The notes: generated from the sequence alone by a model not told the origin. Numbered from the stretch's first letter, positions 1 through 10,397 are shown. The stretch: 64,000 bases of DNA from an uncultured Candidatus Bathyarchaeia archaeon (GCA_964527165.1 CAZGNE010000006.1:1601-65600); one strand, 5' to 3'. Numbers and translations: made by a program.

Positions 1-41
1 AGCTCTGCAAAACTCTTTAGAAACAAACGGATGAATCAGGA

Positions 42-470
42 ATGAATGAAAATCGCGAACAGTTTATATCAGACGAAGAACTGAAGCGTATAAGAGAAAA
101 AAAACTGAAAGAATACATGAAGGTTAAGGAGAGGACAGAGGAAATGAGTAACGAACCTATTCATGTGACTGATGCAAGCTTTGAGGATTTTGTAAACAAA
201 AACCCCTTGGTCTTAATTGATTTTTGGGCTGCCTGGTGTGGACCATGTAGAGTCCTGGCACCGACAATTGAGGAGTTAGCCGAAGACTATTATGGAAAGG
301 TCTTGGTAGGGAAGCTTAACGTTGATGAAAATCCTCAAGCAGCAGAACGCTTTCAGGTTTTCAGCATTCCAACAGTGCTGATAATAAAGAATGGAGAAGA
401 GGTTGACCGGATTGTTGGATGTGTTCCGAAGGAATACTTCGAAACTGCTTTGAAGAAATATCTTGGGTAG
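42..470 (+). CDS. trxA: thioredoxin
   Basis: 142-aa ORF with the canonical WCGPC active site (FWAAWCGPCRVLAP) and a Trx-fold C-terminus. Has a Lys/Glu-rich N-terminal extension of about 35 aa. Confidence 0.9.
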   Translation: MNENREQFISDEELKRIREKKLKEYMKVKERTEEMSNEPIHVTDASFEDFVNKNPLVLIDFWAAWCGPCRVLAPTIEELAEDYYGKVLVGKLNVDENPQAAERFQVFSIPTVLIIKNGEEVDRIVGCVPKEYFETALKKYLG

Positions 471-479
471 GCAAACTGC

Positions 480-620
480 ATGGATATTCCTCAACGTAGA
501 ATAGTCGGTGCTTTGCTACTTCTCTTAGGCATCTCCTTCCTCGCTGTAGGTATCCACACAGACCAACTAAACACAATGATTGAAATGCTTGGTAACTCTT
601 TCAAAACAGTAATACCATAA
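480..620 (+). CDS. possible small membrane protein (46 aa), not in the ORF track
   Basis: ATG ORF read by hand: MDIPQRRIVGALLLLLGISFLAVGIHTDQLNTMIEMLGNSFKTVIP. One clear TM helix, 10 nt downstream of trxA. No homology evidence. Confidence 0.25.
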   Translation: MDIPQRRIVGALLLLLGISFLAVGIHTDQLNTMIEMLGNSFKTVIP

Positions 621-860
621 ATCCTCTCTAATGATAATAGATAATCTTGCTCGAATCTCATCTCTGCGACTATATAGTAGTTCTTCTCCCGATGGAAAGT
701 CGCGTTGAATAAGGACGTTGCTAGGTTGCCACATTAGACCTATTCTTGTTTTGAAATACATTCGTTTGTTCATAGGCTGATTGTTGCATGAAAATTCCAA
801 AACCACACCGTTAGATAAGTCTTTTCCTAACAATGTTTTCATAAATAAAAACATCGTCAA
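567..860 (-). CDS. hypothetical protein
   Basis: 97-aa ORF with no recognisable motif. Lies in a gene-poor stretch next to tRNA-Leu. Confidence 0.25.
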   Translation of the reverse strand: MTMFLFMKTLLGKDLSNGVVLEFSCNNQPMNKRMYFKTRIGLMWQPSNVLIQRDFPSGEELLYSRRDEIRARLSIIIREDLWYYCFERVTKHFNHCV

Positions 861-1184
861 CGAGTATTCTGAACTTCAGGTTTTCTGCGCTCTTGGTTAA
901 ATTTGTGTCGGGTTTTCTCATACTTATCCGCCTAGATTGAACATATTACGTCGCAAGTCTCAATATAAGTGTTTCCTAGCATTTGTTCAACTAAACTACA
1001 AGGAAATTGATCAAACCAAAGCTCCTACCCCTGATAAGAAGCGGTCACACAAACAGAAATGACCTACAAACACCAACCTCCTCAGCATATTTATCACAAT
1101 ATAATGTTAAAAACGCAAAACGTTCAAGTCTCCAATCGCAACCCAACTTGATATGCACAAAATTCGCACTCCTAAAGGTATTAG

Positions 1185-1269
1185 TGCAGCGGGCCGGATT
1201 TGAACCGGCGAACCCCTACGGGAAAGGATCTTGAGTCCTTCGCCTTTGACCTAGCTCGGCGACCGCTGC
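1185..1269 (-). tRNA. tRNA-Leu (anticodon CAA)
   Basis: 85-nt cloverleaf read on the minus strand. Acceptor GCAGCGG/CCGCTGC, anticodon stem AAGGA/TCCTT with loop CT-CAA-GA, long variable arm, T-arm GCCGG-TTCAAAT-CCGGC, discriminator A. No encoded CCA. Confidence 0.9.
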
Positions 1270-1795
1270 TAACTAAGCACTTAAGTTGACCAGAGAATAA
1301 TTAAGCATTGCTTAAAGCAGAAACGTTCACCAATGCAATAGGCGAAATGTGGCTTTGAGACGATGCGTAGATTTTTGGGAAAAATAGGTAGATTGGCAAT
1401 ATGTTTTTTTCGTACGTATGGGTTCATTAAGAGGAAGCATAGGTCGTTCAAATAGCTGAGCAAATGACTTGGACGAATGGTCAAAAAGTAAAGCATTCAT
1501 AGGAAGCTGTTTAGGCTACATAGAAGCTCAACTTCCTTGAAATGAATTATATCCTTAGCATGGACTTGACGATAAGCGTAGGTTGCTTAGAGACCAATTA
1601 ATTCGGACTTGCCCCAGAACCGGGGCTTTTGTTCAACTGATGCAACGCTGCAAGAGTGGAGAAAGACCTCAAGCCAAATATCGGTCAACGATCCGATTGC
1701 GCATATAACGTCGTTATATGGGTGGCGGAATTGACCAATATGGAACTGTCTCTTCAGCCAGTAGTGTTTTTCGATTCTGCCCTATTGATTTTTTC

Positions 1796-2230
1796 TTAAG
1801 GGTTCTGAGGTTTTTTGTATGCTTGGATAAAAGCTTGGGCAAAATCATTTGCGTATTTTTCAGTTCCCTTATGCTTTGAATCTAAGCCTGTCCGAATGTG
1901 ATGGTAGAACTCGTGCAGAATTACAAATGGGTTTTTCAAAATATCACTGTTGAGAACGAAAATGGTTTTATTCTCAGGGTTGTAACAACCAGAAGTGTGT
2001 TTTTTGTGCCCTTTTGGTAATCCAACCTTTAGCTTTGGTGTTTGCGTAGCGTAATGCTCAGCAAGTTGCTGTAAAGCTATCTCTGTCTTTCCGGTTAAGA
2101 TAAGCCAAACTATAAGCGATTTGAATGCTTGTTCGCCCAAGCTTTGTTCCCGAATTGTCTTTTGCGGCATATGTGAAATAGTTTGTGTTTTAAACAGTCC
2201 AAAATTAGGAGTAGAAAACGTTATAGGCAC
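1796..2230 (-). CDS. hypothetical protein with HExxH zinc-metallopeptidase-like motif
   Basis: 144-aa ORF containing ILHEFYHHIRTG (HEFYH fits HExxH). No further family assignment is possible by eye. Start uncertain; an internal Met lies at MPQKTIRE. Confidence 0.4.
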   Translation of the reverse strand: MPITFSTPNFGLFKTQTISHMPQKTIREQSLGEQAFKSLIVWLILTGKTEIALQQLAEHYATQTPKLKVGLPKGHKKHTSGCYNPENKTIFVLNSDILKNPFVILHEFYHHIRTGLDSKHKGTEKYANDFAQAFIQAYKKPQNP

Positions 2231-2399
2231 AGGAACTCTTGAATGAATACAATAAAGTTTATTAGATAGCTGTGCAGTTTACGTTTCTAGTTTATAGTAT
2301 TTGAGATCATTTTTAGGTTGGAGGAAATTGGAGATTTGACGAAGCCCGCATTACATAACATTATCCAAACATGCTCGGGCGCCAGATTGCGGGAGTTGA

Positions 2400-5300
2400 T
2401 TGAAATTGGTTGAAGTCTTAAAGGAAGATACTCATCTTATGTTGAAGTCATTCTTTAGAACGAAAGGACTTGTCCGCCAACATCTAGACTCTTTCAACGA
2501 GTTTATAGATCATGGACTACAAGAAGTGATAGACGAAATCAGCGAAATACCAATAGAAGTCCCCGAAAACCCGTACAAAGTGAAGCTTGGTCAAATATGG
2601 ATAATTGATCCACAAACAAGAATAACCGGATCTTACGTGACCGAGGTAGACGGTACAAAACATGAGATCTACCCACTCGAAGCAAGACTTAGAAACCTAA
2701 CCTATGCAGCACCAATAGCACTTGAAATGACGCCAGTCATAGATGGCAGAGAACAAGATACAGAACTAGTTTACATAGGCAATATCCCAGTTATGCTTAA
2801 ATCAAAACTGTGCTTCCTCTCTCAACTCTCACGAGAAGAACTGATAGCCTGTGGAGAAGATCCCGACGATCCTGGCGGATATTTCGTAGTAAATGGCTCA
2901 GAACGTGCAATAGTCGCCATGGAAGATTTGGCTCCCAATCGTGTTATAGTGGACGTAGATGATAAAGGTGCCACACCTGTATATCAAGCTAAAATATTTT
3001 CCACAACAGTTGGCTTCAGAGCAAGAATAGAGTTAAAAATCAAGGCAGATGGAGCCATATACGTATCAATACCAGGCGTACCAACAGAGATCTCCTTTGT
3101 AGCTTTAATGCGTGCTCTAGGCTTGGAATCAGATAAGAATATTGCCGAAGCAGTTTCCCTTGAGAAAGAAATTCAAATGAAACTAAATCCTTCTTTTGAA
3201 AAAGCCTTAGGGATAGATACTCCAAAAGACGCAATCCTTTTCATCGGAAATCGTGTTGCTCACGGTCAAGTAGAAGAATACAGATTGCAGAAGGCCGAAA
3301 CTGCGATAGACAAGAACTTTTTACCCCACATTGGCAGAACCGCTCAGAATAGGGGAGACAAAGCCCTGTTCCTCGGTGAAATGGCCTGCAGAGCTGTAGA
3401 ACTAGAACTCGGAAGAAGAAAGCTTGACGACAAAGATCATTTTAAGAACAAACGATTGAGGCTTGGAGGTACATTGCTTGCGGATCTTTTCAGAGTGGCC
3501 TTCAGAAATCTTATCAGAGACATAAAATACCAGCTTGAACGGATAGGCGTGAAAGGTCCTATAATAACTGTTTCCGCCGCCGTACGACCGGGAATAATTA
3601 CTGAGCGATTTCAACACTCGATTGCTACAGGAAATTGGGGAAGAGGAAGAGTTGGCATAACTCAGCTTTTGGATAGGACAAACCATATTTCAACTCTTAG
3701 CCACTTGAGGCGACTTCAGTCGCCATTAAGCAGAAGCCAACCAAACTTCGAAGCAAGAGACTTACATGCTACCCATTGGGGGCGTCTATGCCCAAACGAG
3801 ACACCTGAAGGATCGAACTGTGGACTAGTTAAGAATTTGGCACTGTCCGCCTGTATTTCAGTTGGGGTAAATCCAGATAAGATAAAGCAGATGCTTACAG
3901 GCATGGGATTGATCCCTGTATACGAAGCAAACGAAATATTAAGGCTTTCAGGCACTAAAGTTTTCATAGACGGAAACATTGTTGGCTATTGTAACACTCC
4001 TGAAGAAATGACGAAAAGGTTTAGAGAAAGGCGCAGAAGAGGAGAAATTTCGACTGAGGTCAACATAGCCTATTTCTCAAAGACCCAAGGTGAAAGAGAA
4101 GAAATAGATGTCAACGCCGACGAAGGAAGAGTCAGACGACCCCTCATAATTGTCGAGAACGGTGCTTCAAAATTCCAGCCAGAACACATTGAAAAAATAG
4201 TTTCTATGGAATGGTCATGGGAAGACCTAGTCAAAAACGGTATCATAGAATACTTAGATGCTGAAGAAGAAGAAAACGCGTACATAGCATTGAAAACTGA
4301 GGAAATAACACTAAACCACACTCATTTAGAAATCGCGACATATACAATTTTTGGAATTTGCGCTTCAACAATTCCCTATGCCGAACACAACCAATCACCA
4401 CGTAATTCCTACCAAGCCGCAATGGCAAAACAAGCCTTAGGAGTTTATGCTACAAACTTTCAGCAACGGGTAGACTCCAGATCACACATTCTACATTATC
4501 CACAAGTGTCCATAGTTGAAACAGCTTTGATGGAGACAATGGGTTACAAGCTTCGCCCCTCTGGACAAAACTGTATAGTAGCAGTGCTCTCCTATGAAGG
4601 TTACAACATGGAGGATGCTATAGTCTTCAATAAAGCCTCGATAGAAAGAGGATTAGGACGCTCAACTTTCTATAGGATATACGAGGCTGAATGTCGTCAA
4701 TACTTAGGAGGATTGAAGGACAAATTCATCTTGCCAGAGCCTGGAACTCGGGGGTTCCGTGGAGAACAATATTATAGATTACTTGAACCTGATGGGATAA
4801 TCAGCTTGGAATCAAGCGTTACAGGAGGAGATGTTCTAATCGGCAGGATCAGTCCGCCGAGGTTTCTAGAAGAATACAAGGAATTCGAAGTAAAGGGACC
4901 GTCAATGCGTGACACATCTGTAGATATGCGACCTTCTGAAACGGGTATTGTCGATGGAATTTTCATAACAGAGTCAGGGCAGGGAAGTAAACTCGTAAAA
5001 GTGAGAGTTCGCGACCAACGTATTCCCGAGTTAGGCGACAAGTTTGCCTCTCGCCATGGGCAAAAAGGCGTCATAGGCTTAATTGTCCCGCAAGAAGACC
5101 TGCCATTTACAGAAGACGGCATAGTCCCAGACATAATAGTCAATCCTCATGCTATTCCTTCAAGAATGACGATTGGACAATTCATTGAATCATTGGCAGG
5201 AAAACTTGCTGCCATTAGAGGGAAGCCGGTTGATGGAACACCTTTCTCAAATGAAAGTTCTGAAGAAGTTAGAAAAGCTCTCATCAAGCTGGGCTTCAGC

Positions 5301-5771
5301 CATACAGGCGCAGAGGTTTTTTACAATGGTGTAACAGGCGAAAAATTCGTTGCCGACATCTTTGTTGGCATTGTTCATTACCAGAAATTGCACCACATGG
5401 TTGCTGATAAGATTCATGCTAGAGCCCGCGGACAAGTACAAATGCTAACAAGGCAACCTACAGAAGGAAGAGCAAGAGGAGGAGGTCTACGATTCGGCGA
5501 AATGGAACGCGACTGTCTTATTGGACATGGAGCCGCAATGCTTCTCCGTGACAGACTTCTAGAAGAATCAGACAAATACACACTTTACATTTGCCAAACT
5601 TGCGGCCATATCGCGTATTATGACATGAAGCAAAGAAAACACACGTGTAGACTCTGCGAAGATAGAGCTAAGATATCCCCAGTAGTAGTCTCTTATGCTT
5701 TCAAGCTTCTTCTACAAGAGCTAATGAGTCTCTGCATAGCGCCTAAACTGAAATTAAAGGAGAAAGCATAG
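2400..5771 (+). CDS. rpoB: DNA-directed RNA polymerase subunit B (unsplit)
   Basis: 1123-aa ORF with TTG start. N-terminus FFRTKGLVRQHLDSFNEFI, motif GLRFGEMERDCLIGHGAA, C-terminal Zn ribbon CQTCGH...CRLCE. Confidence 0.97.
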   Translation: MKLVEVLKEDTHLMLKSFFRTKGLVRQHLDSFNEFIDHGLQEVIDEISEIPIEVPENPYKVKLGQIWIIDPQTRITGSYVTEVDGTKHEIYPLEARLRNLTYAAPIALEMTPVIDGREQDTELVYIGNIPVMLKSKLCFLSQLSREELIACGEDPDDPGGYFVVNGSERAIVAMEDLAPNRVIVDVDDKGATPVYQAKIFSTTVGFRARIELKIKADGAIYVSIPGVPTEISFVALMRALGLESDKNIAEAVSLEKEIQMKLNPSFEKALGIDTPKDAILFIGNRVAHGQVEEYRLQKAETAIDKNFLPHIGRTAQNRGDKALFLGEMACRAVELELGRRKLDDKDHFKNKRLRLGGTLLADLFRVAFRNLIRDIKYQLERIGVKGPIITVSAAVRPGIITERFQHSIATGNWGRGRVGITQLLDRTNHISTLSHLRRLQSPLSRSQPNFEARDLHATHWGRLCPNETPEGSNCGLVKNLALSACISVGVNPDKIKQMLTGMGLIPVYEANEILRLSGTKVFIDGNIVGYCNTPEEMTKRFRERRRRGEISTEVNIAYFSKTQGEREEIDVNADEGRVRRPLIIVENGASKFQPEHIEKIVSMEWSWEDLVKNGIIEYLDAEEEENAYIALKTEEITLNHTHLEIATYTIFGICASTIPYAEHNQSPRNSYQAAMAKQALGVYATNFQQRVDSRSHILHYPQVSIVETALMETMGYKLRPSGQNCIVAVLSYEGYNMEDAIVFNKASIERGLGRSTFYRIYEAECRQYLGGLKDKFILPEPGTRGFRGEQYYRLLEPDGIISLESSVTGGDVLIGRISPPRFLEEYKEFEVKGPSMRDTSVDMRPSETGIVDGIFITESGQGSKLVKVRVRDQRIPELGDKFASRHGQKGVIGLIVPQEDLPFTEDGIVPDIIVNPHAIPSRMTIGQFIESLAGKLAAIRGKPVDGTPFSNESSEEVRKALIKLGFSHTGAEVFYNGVTGEKFVADIFVGIVHYQKLHHMVADKIHARARGQVQMLTRQPTEGRARGGGLRFGEMERDCLIGHGAAMLLRDRLLEESDKYTLYICQTCGHIAYYDMKQRKHTCRLCEDRAKISPVVVSYAFKLLLQELMSLCIAPKLKLKEKA

Positions 5772-5772
5772 C

Positions 5773-8700
5773 ATGGCATTAGAAGAAATAATCCATAAAG
5801 TCGTTGACGAAATCCATTTTGGCTTATTCTCACCTCAAGATATCCGAAAACTTTCTGTGGTGGAAATTCAAACACCAGACACATACGATGAAGACGGCGC
5901 ACCAATCACCGCAGGACTAATGGATGGTAGACTTGGAACGCTTGAGCCTAGACAAAGATGCCGAACTTGTGGCAACACAGCCATTAGATGCCCAGGTCAT
6001 TTCGGTCACATCGAGCTCGCAGTCCCAATAATACATATTGAATTCACAAAAATAATACATGACCTTTTAAGGGTTACTTGCCGAAACTGTGGTCGCATTT
6101 TGCTTCCCGATGAGACAGTGAAAAAGGTACGCACTAGAACTGATAGGACTCGTCAACTTCTAGGCTTAGTTCCAGACGATACTTACAAAGTGATTTTTCA
6201 AGAAGCAAAAACCAAGCAATGCCCTCATTGTGGAGCTGCTCAGAACAAAATAGTCTTCGAAAAACCTACAAGATTCAATGAGCAAATTCCCGAAAGCGGA
6301 TCAGAACCATTAACGCCGAGCATGGTTCGAGAAAGACTAGGACGCATACCTGACGAGGATTTTGAAGTTCTAGGGTTCAACCCACGAGCCGCACGTCCTG
6401 AGTGGATGGTCTTACAAGTAATACCAGTCCCCCCAGTGTATGTCCGACCCTCAATAACTTTGGAATCAGGCATACGTTCAGAAGACGACTTAACCCATAA
6501 ACTGGTAGATATAATACGCATCAATCAAAGGCTAAAAGAAAACATGGACGCTGGGGCACCTACACTCATAATTCAAGATCTATCCGAGCTTCTGCAATAC
6601 CATGTGACGACATATTTCAATAACGAAGCCTCGGGAATTCCGCCTGCAAGACACCGCTCTGGTAGAGCATTGAAAACACTATCACAAAGATTGAAAGGAA
6701 AGGAAGGAAGGTTCAGAAGCAACCTTTCGGGAAAAAGAGTTGATTTTTCAGCCCGCACCGTCATTTCTCCTGACCCGAACTTGGACATTAGTGAAGTCGG
6801 TGTTCCCCTGGAAGTTGCAGTACGCTTATCTATGCCTGAGAAAGTTACTGAATGGAATATCAAAGAAATGCGAAAATACGTCAGCAATGGACCTGAAAAA
6901 TACCCAGGCGCCCTATACATTATCAGACCTGATGGCAAACGAATAAGGCTCGAGTTTGTCGTTGACAGAGAGAAAATAGCTGAAGCTGTGGAACCTGGCT
7001 ACATTGTTGAAAGGCACCTTAAGAATGGGGATATAGCCATTTTCAACCGTCAACCTTCACTCCATCGCATGTCTATAATGGCACACTACGTCCGTGTTCT
7101 TCCATACAAGACTTTTCGCTTACACCTATGCGTATGCCCGCCCTACAACGCAGATTTTGACGGAGATGAAATGAACCTGCACATACCACAAAGTGAAGAA
7201 GCACGGACAGAAGCTCTTCTATTAATGCAGGTTCAAGACCAGATACTTTCACCCCGATTTGGCGGACCAATAATAGGTGCAATCCGAGACTTCATAACAG
7301 CCGGCTATCTTTTCACAAGAAAAAGCAACTACTTAAGCCAATACGAAGTTAACAGACTATTGCTTGGAGCAGGATATGATGGACCGTTACCTGAGCCCAA
7401 AATCAGAGAACCTCAACCCCTTTGGACAGGCAAGCAAATTTTCAGTTTATTCCTTCCAAAAGACATGAACTACGTCCTCAAAGCAAGCATTTGTCAAGGC
7501 TGTGCAAAATGTGAAGAAGAAAACTGCCCTCACGACGCATATGTCATTGTCAAAGATGGCGAGCTTATTAGCGGAGTTATAGATAGACGTTCAATAGGTG
7601 CAGAACAGTCTGAAAGCTTACATCATAGAATAATAAAGGACTATGGAACGCAAACTGGTCGGGAATTTCTGAACAAAATAACTCACCTACTGAAGCTTTT
7701 CATAACTATGCGAGGCTTCACATACTCCTACGAGGAGCTCGTTTTATCAGCCAAAGCCGAAGACAGAATACGAAAAACCATGGAAAGAATCGAAAAGAAG
7801 ATACTTGAACTAATAGATAGCTACAGTAAAAAAACACTTGATAGACTTCCAGGTCAAACTTTGGAAGAGTCTTTGGAAATCTATGTAATGAGCGAACTGG
7901 CAAAAGCCAGAGATGAATCTGGAAAAATCGCTGATGAAGACTTCACCCTTGAAAATGCAGGCATCGTAATGACCCGCACTGGTGCCAGAGGCTCAAACCT
8001 AAATATCGGTCAGATCAGCGCATGTGTAGGGCAACAATCAGTTCGAGGAAAACGAATACTTCGAGGATATTTGGACCGTGCATTGCCACATTTCAGGGCA
8101 GGTGACGCAACTCCCAAAGCGAGAGGGTTCGTCTATTCCTCATATCAAAAAGGACTTGATGTCATCGAATTCTTCTTCCACTCAATGGGCGGTCGAGAAG
8201 GACTTGTTGACACAGCAGTCAGAACACAGCAAAGCGGATACATGCAACGAAGACTCATTAACGCGCTTGAACACATACGGATGGAATACGATGAAACCGT
8301 CAGAAACTCAGCAGGAGATATAATCCAGTTCCAGTACGGCGAAGACGGAGTTGACCCTGCAAAAAGTGATCATGGAAAAGCAGTCAACGTGCACCGAATA
8401 GTTGACCAGATGAAACTAGCCAAAGGAAAAGGCAACCCTGCTCTAGCTGACCACATCAAGAAACGATTGAAAGAAGTTGAAGACAAGCTCACACCCATTT
8501 TAATGGAAGAACTTAAACAGGAACTGACCAGAGCAAACCTTAGATCATCAACCGTTGATAATGCAGTCCAGCTAACAGTCGAACACTACAAACGTGCGCT
8601 AATGGAGCCCGGCGAAGCTGTTGGCATAGTTGCGGCTCAATCAATTGGCGAACCTGGCACCCAGATGACCCTTAGAACATTTCACTATGCTGGAGTTAGA

Positions 8701-9597
8701 GAACAAAACGTGACTTTGGGCTTGCCGAGATTGATAGAAATTGTGGACGCTAGGAGATTTCCTTCTACACCAATAATGACGATTTACCTTGATGAGAACC
8801 ACAGAAAAAGCAGAGAAGATGCGGTAAAAATTGCACGAAACATAGTTTTCACGACACTGGAGAATTTGGCTAGAGCAATTTATGAGGACCCGTTGCGAGA
8901 AGAGATAATAGTAGAGCTTGCCGAAACCATGATGGAAGATCGAGAGGTAACAATGGATGAGTTAAAGGGTTCGCTGCAGATACCAAATTGTGTAATTAAA
9001 GCTAAGAGCAATAGTTTGCACATTAAGCCTAAAAAGGCTGATACTCTGAAAAAAATGCTTGATAAAGTTTCATCCTTCCACGTTAAAGGGGTTCCTGGAA
9101 TTAAACGTGTGTTGGTTACTGAAGAACGTGGAGAATGGGTTATCAGAACAGATGGCTCGAACTTGCCAAGAATCTTGGAGATTTCAGGTGTAGATACTTC
9201 GCGGACAACCACAAATAATGTTCATGAAATAGCGAAAACCCTTGGAATAGAGGCCGCTCGAAACGCCCTTATTCATGAAGCTAGAGGCGTTTTGGAAGAC
9301 CAAGGATTGGACGTGGATGTTCGTCATGTAATGCTTGTTTCAGACATGATGACATCTACAGGTGAAGTTCAACAAATAGGCAGACACGGTATTAGTGGCA
9401 AGAAATCAAGTGTCTTGGCTAGAGCTGCTTTCGAGATTACTATTCCGAACATTGTTGAAGCAGCAGTAAAGGGAGAAAATGACCCATTGGCAGGCGTGAC
9501 CGAAAACGTAATAGTAGGGCAATCAATACCCATTGGTACAGGGCTTGTAGAACTGTACATGTCAACGTTTGAACAAGAAAAGGAGAGGAAAAAATGA
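5773..9597 (+). CDS. rpoA: DNA-directed RNA polymerase subunit A, A' and A'' fused in one ORF
   Basis: 1274-aa continuous ORF starting 1 nt after the rpoB stop. Zn-binding N-terminus CRTCGN...CPGHFGH, catalytic NADFDGDEMN, and the A''-type segment AAQSIGEPGTQMTLRTFHYAG in the same frame. Confidence 0.96.
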   Translation: MALEEIIHKVVDEIHFGLFSPQDIRKLSVVEIQTPDTYDEDGAPITAGLMDGRLGTLEPRQRCRTCGNTAIRCPGHFGHIELAVPIIHIEFTKIIHDLLRVTCRNCGRILLPDETVKKVRTRTDRTRQLLGLVPDDTYKVIFQEAKTKQCPHCGAAQNKIVFEKPTRFNEQIPESGSEPLTPSMVRERLGRIPDEDFEVLGFNPRAARPEWMVLQVIPVPPVYVRPSITLESGIRSEDDLTHKLVDIIRINQRLKENMDAGAPTLIIQDLSELLQYHVTTYFNNEASGIPPARHRSGRALKTLSQRLKGKEGRFRSNLSGKRVDFSARTVISPDPNLDISEVGVPLEVAVRLSMPEKVTEWNIKEMRKYVSNGPEKYPGALYIIRPDGKRIRLEFVVDREKIAEAVEPGYIVERHLKNGDIAIFNRQPSLHRMSIMAHYVRVLPYKTFRLHLCVCPPYNADFDGDEMNLHIPQSEEARTEALLLMQVQDQILSPRFGGPIIGAIRDFITAGYLFTRKSNYLSQYEVNRLLLGAGYDGPLPEPKIREPQPLWTGKQIFSLFLPKDMNYVLKASICQGCAKCEEENCPHDAYVIVKDGELISGVIDRRSIGAEQSESLHHRIIKDYGTQTGREFLNKITHLLKLFITMRGFTYSYEELVLSAKAEDRIRKTMERIEKKILELIDSYSKKTLDRLPGQTLEESLEIYVMSELAKARDESGKIADEDFTLENAGIVMTRTGARGSNLNIGQISACVGQQSVRGKRILRGYLDRALPHFRAGDATPKARGFVYSSYQKGLDVIEFFFHSMGGREGLVDTAVRTQQSGYMQRRLINALEHIRMEYDETVRNSAGDIIQFQYGEDGVDPAKSDHGKAVNVHRIVDQMKLAKGKGNPALADHIKKRLKEVEDKLTPILMEELKQELTRANLRSSTVDNAVQLTVEHYKRALMEPGEAVGIVAAQSIGEPGTQMTLRTFHYAGVREQNVTLGLPRLIEIVDARRFPSTPIMTIYLDENHRKSREDAVKIARNIVFTTLENLARAIYEDPLREEIIVELAETMMEDREVTMDELKGSLQIPNCVIKAKSNSLHIKPKKADTLKKMLDKVSSFHVKGVPGIKRVLVTEERGEWVIRTDGSNLPRILEISGVDTSRTTTNNVHEIAKTLGIEAARNALIHEARGVLEDQGLDVDVRHVMLVSDMMTSTGEVQQIGRHGISGKKSSVLARAAFEITIPNIVEAAVKGENDPLAGVTENVIVGQSIPIGTGLVELYMSTFEQEKERKK

Positions 9598-9929
9598 TAG
9601 ACATAAGCAAAGCAATCGCAACAGCTGTCAAGACTGGCAAGGTTTCCTTCGGAATGAACTCAGCTGTGCAAAATGCTAAGACAGGCAAAGCCAAAATCAT
9701 AATCCTAGCGGTGAACTGCCCAAAAATCATGCGTGAAGACATAGAATACTACTGCAACCTTTCAGACGTCCCAGTCATAACCTACGAAGGTGCATCTACA
9801 GATCTAGCTGCTGTTTGTGGCAAGCCTTTTAATGTCTCAGCGTTAAGTATAAGAGAGCCCGGTGATTCTGAGATTCTTAAATTAACAGAAAAGGCAGAAC
9901 CAGAAGATCTTGCTGGAGGGAACGAATGA
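9594..9929 (+). CDS. rpl30e: 50S ribosomal protein L30e
   Basis: 111-aa ORF. ATGA overlap with the rpoA stop. Sequence KTGKVSFGMNSAVQNAKTGKAKIIILAVNCP...YEGASTDLAAVCGKPF is typical L30e. This is the conserved operon position. Confidence 0.9.
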   Translation: MIDISKAIATAVKTGKVSFGMNSAVQNAKTGKAKIIILAVNCPKIMREDIEYYCNLSDVPVITYEGASTDLAAVCGKPFNVSALSIREPGDSEILKLTEKAEPEDLAGGNE

Positions 9930-10363
9930 CTAGCGGAATAAAATTCACAAGCACCGAGATGCGTTACATCGCACTTTTTGAAAGCGTAACTAACGCCGCT
10001 GCCAAAGACTGTATAGTTGACGAAGAGCAAGGGCGTGTAATTTTTATCATCAATGAGGGACAGATAGGTGCAGCCATCGGCAAAGGCGGACGCAACATTC
10101 ACACCCTAGAAAGAATGACCGGAAAAAAACAAGAAATAATCGAGTATTCAGAAGATCCAGTAAAATTCATTAGAAATGCGCTAAAACCAGCAAACGTTTT
10201 CGAGGTTCGTGTGAGTGAAAGACCTGATGGAAGAAAAATGGCAGTTGTAACGGTCAGTCCAAAAGATAAAGGTGTTGCTATAGGAAAGAACGGAAAAAAT
10301 GCTGAACGCTTGCGTTTTCTGGCCAAAAGATATTTCCAAATAACAAACGTGAGTATAACATAG
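9926..10363 (+). CDS. nusA: archaeal NusA-like transcription termination factor (two KH domains)
   Basis: 145-aa ORF. ATGA overlap with rpl30e. Two GxxG KH motifs (IGKGGRNI, IGKNGKNA). Conserved position after rpl30e. Confidence 0.88.
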   Translation: MTSGIKFTSTEMRYIALFESVTNAAAKDCIVDEEQGRVIFIINEGQIGAAIGKGGRNIHTLERMTGKKQEIIEYSEDPVKFIRNALKPANVFEVRVSERPDGRKMAVVTVSPKDKGVAIGKNGKNAERLRFLAKRYFQITNVSIT

Positions 10364-10397
10364 CTTAAAGAGGGCATGCAATGTGAAAAGGCGAATT

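Noticed and set aside
2231-2399. Possible rpoH gene upstream of rpoB.
   Set aside because: The only open frame (LEEIGDLTKPALHNIIQTCSGARLRELIEIG*) is short, has a non-ATG start, and shows no resemblance to the RpoH C-terminal consensus.
3040-9560. Many 60-125-aa ORFs antisense to or out of frame with rpoB and rpoA (for example 3402..3686, 4772..5143, 6573..6938, 8880..9212). Similar shadow ORFs lie inside the SMC-like, hydrogenase, ATPase, CysRS, ACAD and CoA-transferase genes.
   Set aside because: They are fully nested in long ORFs with unambiguous conserved motifs and have low-complexity or Ser/Leu/Arg-rich composition typical of antisense frames. There is no independent support.
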